A stretch of DNA of 64,000 nt, taken from assembly GCA_036679495.1 (NCBI GenBank), contig JAZDDE010000304.1, positions 6,674 through 70,673 of the forward strand, read 5' to 3'. Both the position numbers and the translations under genes were made by a program. The notes under the pieces were generated by a model. It saw only the letters and a program-made list of their open reading frames with translations. It did no database searches and had not been told where the DNA came from. Positions within the stretch are counted from its first letter, which is position 1; each line of letters begins with the position of its first letter. This stretch comes from Gemmatimonadota bacterium (GTDB lineage: Bacteria > Gemmatimonadota > Gemmatimonadetes > Palauibacterales > Palauibacteraceae). Positions 58,763 to 64,000 of the stretch are shown here, in pieces.

Positions 58763-60054
58763 TCGGCTGTTCCGGGTCCCGGCAGGACTGAAGCCAGCGG
58801 CATGTCGCGAACTTCGAGTTCGAGGCTCCAACCGAGTCCCAAGATCGCCGCGAACACCATCAGGTTGGCGGGAATGTGGAGATTGAAATCGACCATGCCG
58901 TGCAAGAGGATCGCCACGAGCGCCGCGGCGCAGCCGAGACTGGCGCCTCGATGCCAAGGATCGTCGGCGACTAGGAACAAGCGGCTGACACCGTAGAGGC
59001 GCCGGAAAACGAATCCCCAGAAGAGCACCGCCAACGGGATGCCCCACTCGGCCGCGGTCTCCAGATAGTCGTTGTGAGCGTGGTTGAACCACAGGCCTAT
59101 CGTGGCGGTCTGATAGGGCCGGAACTCCCAGACGTAGCGTCCGGGGCCGACGCCCGTCAATGGATGGTCGGCGATCAAGCGCAACGTATCGCGATAAATC
59201 TGCGGGCGGCTGAGAGTGTCACTCTCAGCGAACCGGTCGAAGAGCCCGCTCACGCCGACGACCGCGGCCAGCCCGACAATGGTGAGAACGAGTACCACCA
59301 CCGCCGCCGCCGGAAGGCCTCGGCGATTCCGGCCATGTCGCGTGCGGCCGCGTCGCAGCTCGAGAAAGAGCATCAGGAAGACAAAGGCGATCATGCCAAG
59401 CATCGACAGAGTTCCGCCACGGGAGCGCGACAACAACACGGCCAGGCCGATAAACGCACTCGTCATAATCAGAAGCCAGCTCCACGCCAGGGTTTCCGAC
59501 CGATGCTCGCCCCGGCCCCGGCCGCGAGCGAAACCGGTGTAGAGCCAGCCTAGGGTCAGGCCGAGCCCCATGTTGGCGAATCCGGCGAAGTGGTTGCGGT
59601 TGATGAAGGTCCCGCTGGCGATCTGCCCGAGCTTGCGCTCGTAGGCAAAGATGCGGTCGACCCCGCCGAGCGCCTGGCTCAAGCCGAAGAGTGCCTCGAC
59701 CAGACCGAGCAGCACAAGAAAGAAGAAGAGCCAACGACTGCGACGACCGGCGGAAGCCCACTGGAGAGCGAGAACGAGGCTCATCCAGCCGAGAGACGCG
59801 ACAACAAAGCCCCGGGCGGCATCGGTTGGCCTCAACGCAACTTCGAGCAGCAACACCGCGCCACACAGCGCGATTGCGATCGTGGTGTTGCGCCCGACCC
59901 TGGCCGGCAGCCAGAGAACGCAGGCTGTGGCCGGCACGAGAAGGACGAAGGCCACGTACAAGGCGTGGCTCTGGGTGAGCCCGTAGCGGCCGAGCCCCAG
60001 TAGCAACACTGCGCCAAAGAGCGCAGCCGGGAACCCGATTAGAAGGCGTTGCAT
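58759..60054 (-). CDS. O-antigen ligase/Wzy_C-family membrane protein
   Basis: About 11 TM helices and the Wzy_C motif block (NHAHNDYLETAAEWG). Confidence 0.75.
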   Translation of the reverse strand: MQRLLIGFPAALFGAVLLLGLGRYGLTQSHALYVAFVLLVPATACVLWLPARVGRNTTIAIALCGAVLLLEVALRPTDAARGFVVASLGWMSLVLALQWASAGRRSRWLFFFLVLLGLVEALFGLSQALGGVDRIFAYERKLGQIASGTFINRNHFAGFANMGLGLTLGWLYTGFARGRGRGEHRSETLAWSWLLIMTSAFIGLAVLLSRSRGGTLSMLGMIAFVFLMLFLELRRGRTRHGRNRRGLPAAAVVVLVLTIVGLAAVVGVSGLFDRFAESDTLSRPQIYRDTLRLIADHPLTGVGPGRYVWEFRPYQTATIGLWFNHAHNDYLETAAEWGIPLAVLFWGFVFRRLYGVSRLFLVADDPWHRGASLGCAAALVAILLHGMVDFNLHIPANLMVFAAILGLGWSLELEVRDMPLASVLPGPGTAE

Positions 60055-60153
60055 ACGGTCGGCGGAGTCTACCGTGGAGGGCCTTTATGGAGGATATCTC
60101 TGGACGCTGGCTCGATTTGAGTCTATGATTCCTGGCCTGAGGGGATCGTAACT

Positions 60154-60849
60154 ATGCATGAGCTCACGAAAAGTCTCACGAAAAGTAGTGTTTTGATGGT
60201 TGTTCTCACCCTCGCGGTGGCGACCACCGCCTGGACCGCTCCGGCCGGGTACCTGGGTCAGACAGTGTCGAGTGATCTTCGGATCGACGGCGTGTCTGTT
60301 CCTTCGGGCACCTCGGTCCTGAGTCCGACCTTAATCGGCTCAGGCGATAGCGATGGTCTGCTGCGACTGGACGACAACAGCATTCTTGGCCTGGAACCGG
60401 GGTCGGCGGCATATCTCGAGAGCACACCTTCTGGTGGAGTCCAGGTGGCCGTGAGGTCCGGGACCGTGTCGGTCGAAAGCGCCGACGGCGAGTCCTTCAA
60501 GCTGGCGGCCAACAGCCGCATCACCCTCGACCCCCAAGGCCAGGTTCTCGAAGGCGAAACCATCGAGCTGGTTCCGTTGTGCACCTACAATGACGAGACC
60601 GAGGAGTGGGAGTTGATCGAGGTGCCCGAGCCCGAAGTTGCAAGCCGACTCGCCGCCGGCGACCTAGTCCCGGGCGACAACGACAAGGGCCTCGACGAAG
60701 AGTGCAATGAGGACGACCCGATCATCTTTTGGACGACCGCCAAGAAGGTCGGTGTCGGCATCGGCGGCGCGGCGATCCTCGGCTTCGGTATCGACGAGAT
60801 CAACAGCGACGACACCACCACCCGCCCCGCCAGCGCGATCCAGCCGTAG
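60154..60849 (+). CDS. hypothetical secreted/membrane-anchored protein
   Basis: Signal peptide, beta-rich middle section, acidic region and a C-terminal hydrophobic anchor (VGVGIGGAAILGFGI). Confidence 0.4.
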   Translation: MHELTKSLTKSSVLMVVLTLAVATTAWTAPAGYLGQTVSSDLRIDGVSVPSGTSVLSPTLIGSGDSDGLLRLDDNSILGLEPGSAAYLESTPSGGVQVAVRSGTVSVESADGESFKLAANSRITLDPQGQVLEGETIELVPLCTYNDETEEWELIEVPEPEVASRLAAGDLVPGDNDKGLDEECNEDDPIIFWTTAKKVGVGIGGAAILGFGIDEINSDDTTTRPASAIQP

Positions 60850-60872
60850 ACTGCTCGCTGGTTCCTCCAGGG

Positions 60873-60892
60873 CTAGCAGCCGCGGCTGCTAG
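60873..60892. terminator. perfect 20-nt palindrome ctagcagccgcggctgctag downstream of 60154..60849 (hairpin, no U-tract)
   Basis: Read directly. Confidence 0.25.
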
Positions 60893-60925
60893 AGTCCCCT
60901 CGCTAGGTCATAGGAGGAGGACTCG

Positions 60926-63304
60926 ATGCGTTTGCTTTTCGCGACGACGACGGCTGTACTCGTCTGTTCGGCCGGTTTCTGGGGTGGTGCTGCGCACGCT
61001 CAAGCGCCCTCGACCGACATCTTCATCCTGCCGGTAGAGGGCTCCGTCGTGGGGACTCCGAGTCGGGCGACCGACCGTGAGGGCTACGACAATCAGCCGC
61101 AGTTCTTGGCCGACGGCAGCGGCGTGGTCTACAGCTCAATCGGTGACGACGGGGCGACGGACATTCATCTCTATGATCTGGTATCCGGCGAGAGCGACGT
61201 GTTGGTCTCGACCCCGCAGAGCGAGTACTCGCCGACCCCAATTCCAGGCCGCGAGGCGATTTCGGTGGTGCGCGACTACGGCGATCTCGTACAGCAACTG
61301 TGGGCCTTCCCGCTCGACGGGGGCGAGCCTGAGTTGCTTCTGCCCGACGTCAATCCGGTCGGTTACCACGCCTGGGCCGACGCTGAGCAGTTGATCCTCT
61401 TCGTGCTGGGCGAGCCGATGACACTACAGTCGGCCCGCGTCGGGCCCGGCGCTGGGGAGGTGCTGGCCGACTCCCCAGGCCGTGCGTTGGCGCGCGTTCC
61501 CGGCTCGCATGAGATGAGCTACGTCGATAAGTCGGACGATGACGCCTGGTGGGTTACCGCTGTAGATCTGGCCAGCGGCGAGCAGCGCCGTTTGATGCCG
61601 ACTCTCGAAGGCCGTGAGGACTGCGCCTGGGCGCCCGACGGCGCGCTGTGGATGGGTGACGACAGCCGGCTCTACCGCTGGCCGGCCGGCGGCACCGCTT
61701 GGGAGCTGGCGGCCGATCTCGATGCGGCCGGCATCTACGGCATCACTCGGCTCGCCTTCTCTCCCGATGGGACGCAGTTGGCGGTCGTCGGTCGGCGGCC
61801 ACCGGCCGATCTGGCCCAGGCCTACAGCCGTCCGGCCGGGGAGATCCTGGGAGCCGCGCTCACCGACACCGAGGGCTGGGAGAAGCTGAGCTACCTGGCG
61901 ACAGCGATCGGGCATCGCCTCAGCGGTTCCGACGGCCTCGAACAGGCGATCGACTGGGCGGTCGAGCGCATGACAGCCGAGGGACTCACGGTGCGCAAGC
62001 AGTCGGTGATGGTGCCGCACTGGGTGCGCGGCACAGAGAGCGCTAGGGTCGTGGCGCCGGTCGCGCGCGAGCTGCCGATTCTCGGTCTCGGCAACAGCGT
62101 CGGCACTCCGCCCGGCGGAATTACCGCGCCGGTGGTTGTGGTCCGAAGCTTCGAGGAGCTCGAAGCCTTGGGCCGTGAGCGGGTCGAGGGCAAGATCGTC
62201 CTCTACGCCGTCGAGTGGGACGGCTACGGCTACACCGTACAGTTTCGCGGTAAAGGACCCTCGCGCGCGGCCGCCCTGGGAGCGGTTGCGGCCTTGACCC
62301 GCTCGGTGACGGGCCAGAGTCTCGCGACGCCCCATACCGGTGCGCTGGGCTACGACGAGGAGCAGCCGAAGATCCCGGCGGCGGCGGTGACGGTCGAGGA
62401 CGCCGCCTGGATGCGGCGCATGTCCGAACTCGGTCGCGAGGTCACCGTGCATCTCGAGATGGAAGCGCGGATGCTGCCCGACGCGGAGTCGTTCAACGTG
62501 ATCGCCGAGATCGCGGGCAGTGAGCGCCCGGAAGAAGTGGTCGTGATGGGCGGGCACTACGACTCGTGGGACGTGGGGCAGGGCGTTCATGACGATGGCG
62601 CGGCCTGTATCGCTGCCTGGCAAGCGCTGCGGTTGATCGATCGACTAGGCCTGGTGCCGCGGAGGACTCTGCGCGTGGTTCTGTGGACCAACGAAGAGAA
62701 TGGTTTGCGCGGCGGCCGGGCCTACCATGAAGAGCTCTCCGCCGAACAGGTCGCCAACCACGTGGCGGCGATCGAGATGGACGGCGGGGTCGAGCGACCG
62801 GTGGGCTTCGGCTTCGGCCTGGTCGGCGTCGATCCGGCGGCCGAGGAACCGGACGCGAGGTACGAAGCGGCCTACTCCAAGCTCGAACAGATCGGACAGC
62901 TGTTGGCCGGAATCGACGCCTCGGAGCTGAATCGCGGTGGTGGCGGCGCCGACATCGGTCCGCTGATGCGGGCGGGTGTGCCGGGCCTCGGCCTGCGGAC
63001 GGTCGGCGAGCACTACTTCGACTGGCATCACACTCACGCCGACACTCTGGACAAAGTCGACGTACAGAACTTCCGGCGCGCGATCGCTCTGCTCGGAGTG
63101 ACGGGGTTCGTTCTGGCCGACATGCCGGAACGCGGGGTTCGTTCTGGCCGACATGCCGGAACGCTTGGTGCAGCCGGAACGCTCAGCGCAGCGGGAACCG
63201 ACCGAGTGACCGGCAAATTCGAGACCCGCGACGCGCTCGAAGCCACGCAGCCACTCGAGGCGCTGGCCCGACGTCTCGCCGCGACCGAGGAAGGGTCCCA
63301 GTGA
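60926..63304 (+). CDS. secreted TolB-like beta-propeller plus PA-domain plus M28 zinc aminopeptidase. The 3' end is frame-shifted by a 31-bp tandem duplication.
   Basis: GGAGGAGG SD and a signal peptide. Repeated DG..VY/..SPDG propeller motifs. M28 signature GGHYDSWDVGQGVHDDGAA. Without the duplication the ORF would end ...ADMPERLVQPERSAQREPTE*. Confidence 0.7.
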   Translation: MRLLFATTTAVLVCSAGFWGGAAHAQAPSTDIFILPVEGSVVGTPSRATDREGYDNQPQFLADGSGVVYSSIGDDGATDIHLYDLVSGESDVLVSTPQSEYSPTPIPGREAISVVRDYGDLVQQLWAFPLDGGEPELLLPDVNPVGYHAWADAEQLILFVLGEPMTLQSARVGPGAGEVLADSPGRALARVPGSHEMSYVDKSDDDAWWVTAVDLASGEQRRLMPTLEGREDCAWAPDGALWMGDDSRLYRWPAGGTAWELAADLDAAGIYGITRLAFSPDGTQLAVVGRRPPADLAQAYSRPAGEILGAALTDTEGWEKLSYLATAIGHRLSGSDGLEQAIDWAVERMTAEGLTVRKQSVMVPHWVRGTESARVVAPVARELPILGLGNSVGTPPGGITAPVVVVRSFEELEALGRERVEGKIVLYAVEWDGYGYTVQFRGKGPSRAAALGAVAALTRSVTGQSLATPHTGALGYDEEQPKIPAAAVTVEDAAWMRRMSELGREVTVHLEMEARMLPDAESFNVIAEIAGSERPEEVVVMGGHYDSWDVGQGVHDDGAACIAAWQALRLIDRLGLVPRRTLRVVLWTNEENGLRGGRAYHEELSAEQVANHVAAIEMDGGVERPVGFGFGLVGVDPAAEEPDARYEAAYSKLEQIGQLLAGIDASELNRGGGGADIGPLMRAGVPGLGLRTVGEHYFDWHHTHADTLDKVDVQNFRRAIALLGVTGFVLADMPERGVRSGRHAGTLGAAGTLSAAGTDRVTGKFETRDALEATQPLEALARRLAATEEGSQ
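63103..63164. repeat. perfect direct tandem duplication of 31 bp (ggggttcgttctggccgacatgccggaacgc x2)
   Basis: Read directly. 63103-63133 equals 63134-63164. Confidence 0.9.
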
Positions 63305-63849
63305 GTTGGATCGATACGGTGGCCCCCGACGACGCCGAGGCCGAACTCGCGGAGCTCTACCGGCAGGTGCTCGATCCGACGAGCGGGCAACTCGACAACA
63401 TCATGCGCATCCACAGCCTCCACCCGCGGGGCCTGGCGGCTCACCAGGAGGTCTACAGCGCGGTGATGCGGCCGACGCCGAGCCTGCGCCGCGCCGAACG
63501 CGAGATGATCGCGTTGGTCGTCAGCCAGATCAACGAGTGCCACTACTGAATCACTCACCACCGGCGCGGTCTGCGCCGAGCGCTCAAGGATGATGAGCTA
63601 CTGGCCGCGATCGAGGAGGACTACCACGCTGCGGGCCTCGAACCTCGGCGCCTGGCGATGCTGACTTACATCGACAAGCTCACCCGCACGCCGAGCAGGA
63701 TGTCGCGCAGTGACGTCACCGCTCTGCGCGAGGTCGGTTTCGACGACAAGGACGTGCTGCAGATCGTCGAGGTGGCGGCCTACTACGCCTACGCCAATCG
63801 CATCGCCGATGGTCTCGGCGTGGCTCTCGAGGAGCCGGAGTCCTCTTAG
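63301..63849 (+). CDS. CMD/AhpD-like peroxidase-related enzyme with in-frame TGA (candidate selenocysteine) at 63547-63549
   Basis: ORFs 63301..63549 and 63658..63849 are in the same frame. The TGA falls exactly at the second Cys of the conserved C-x-x-C (INECHY-U-ITHH). Read-through gives a full-length, collinear ~182-aa family member. Confidence 0.6.
63562..63578 (+). other. SECIS-like hairpin (cggcgc-GGUCU-gcgccg) 12 nt downstream of the TGA, with G and U at positions 23/24 from the U of UGA
   Basis: Read directly. The position and the GGUC loop match the fdhF-type bacterial SECIS. Confidence 0.5.
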
Positions 63850-63856
63850 GCACTTC

Positions 63857-64000
63857 ATGCTGCCGGAAGCCGTCAGCTCGTTCTTTGCCGCCCACCAGAG
63901 CCTGCTCTGGGTGGTGACGGTCTGCCTCGACCTGTCCCTGACGCTGCTGATGTTCCGCCTGTTCGGCAAGCAAGGGCTTTACGCGGTGATCTGCCTCAAC
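63857..64000 (+). CDS. partial hydrophobic (membrane) protein, N-terminus only
   Basis: ATG at 63857 directly after the previous stop. Hydrophobic N-terminus, truncated by the window end. Confidence 0.2.
   Translation, partial: MLPEAVSSFFAAHQSLLWVVTVCLDLSLTLLMFRLFGKQGLYAVICLN

Noticed and set aside
63598-63969. 123-aa minus-strand ORF overlapping the AhpD-like gene
   Set aside because: The plus-strand frame gives a collinear match to a known enzyme family, and the minus-strand translation is low-complexity.
1-64000. Search for transposases, integrases, rRNA and tRNA genes
   Set aside because: No DDE or serine/tyrosine recombinase-like ORFs and no rRNA- or tRNA-like conserved blocks were recognised by eye. 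The mosaic signals noted are relics and duplications, not intact mobile elements.

Overview
High-GC bacterial chromosomal window of roughly 67-70% GC, with dense coding and frequent 1-4 nt start/stop overlaps. The 5' end carries housekeeping genes: an Hfq-like Sm protein, pdxA, a GT-C-type membrane glycosyltransferase plus a partner membrane protein, serS, a CaCA Na+/Ca2+ antiporter and tonB. From about 9.0 kb to 60.1 kb there is one very large surface-polysaccharide biosynthesis and export locus. It encodes at least 13 glycosyltransferases (GT2, GT4, GtrB/ArnC-like, WcaI-like, and a WecA/MraY-family initiating transferase) and NINE sulfotransferase or sulfotransferase-like genes with recognisable PAPS-binding motifs. 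It also encodes three SAM methyltransferases, GDP-fucose synthase (fcl), a WcaF-type acetyltransferase and a WbpB/WbpE-like oxidoreductase plus DegT aminotransferase pair. Further genes encode a FemAB-like acyltransferase, a Wzy-like polymerase, an ABC exporter (Wzm/Wzt, with the Wzt C-terminal glycan-binding extension) and Wza/Wzc. There is also a PEGA-domain protein, an O-antigen-ligase-family protein, a TPR protein and an FGE-sulfatase-domain protein. Taken together this looks like the gene set for a heavily sulfated and methylated extracellular glycan, which is rare in bacteria and is the main candidate for the novel system in this window. The 3' end carries a secreted TolB-propeller/M28 peptidase with a perfect 31-bp tandem duplication that shifts its frame. 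Next to it is a CMD/AhpD-like peroxidase-related ORF whose conserved second Cys codon is an in-frame TGA followed by a SECIS-like hairpin, so it is a selenoprotein candidate. Several signs point to mosaic evolution. A relic GT4 3' end lies downstream of a sulfotransferase gene, an Stf0-like sulfotransferase is frameshifted, and a lower-GC islet encodes a small secreted protein. No rRNA, tRNA, CRISPR or transposase was recognised.
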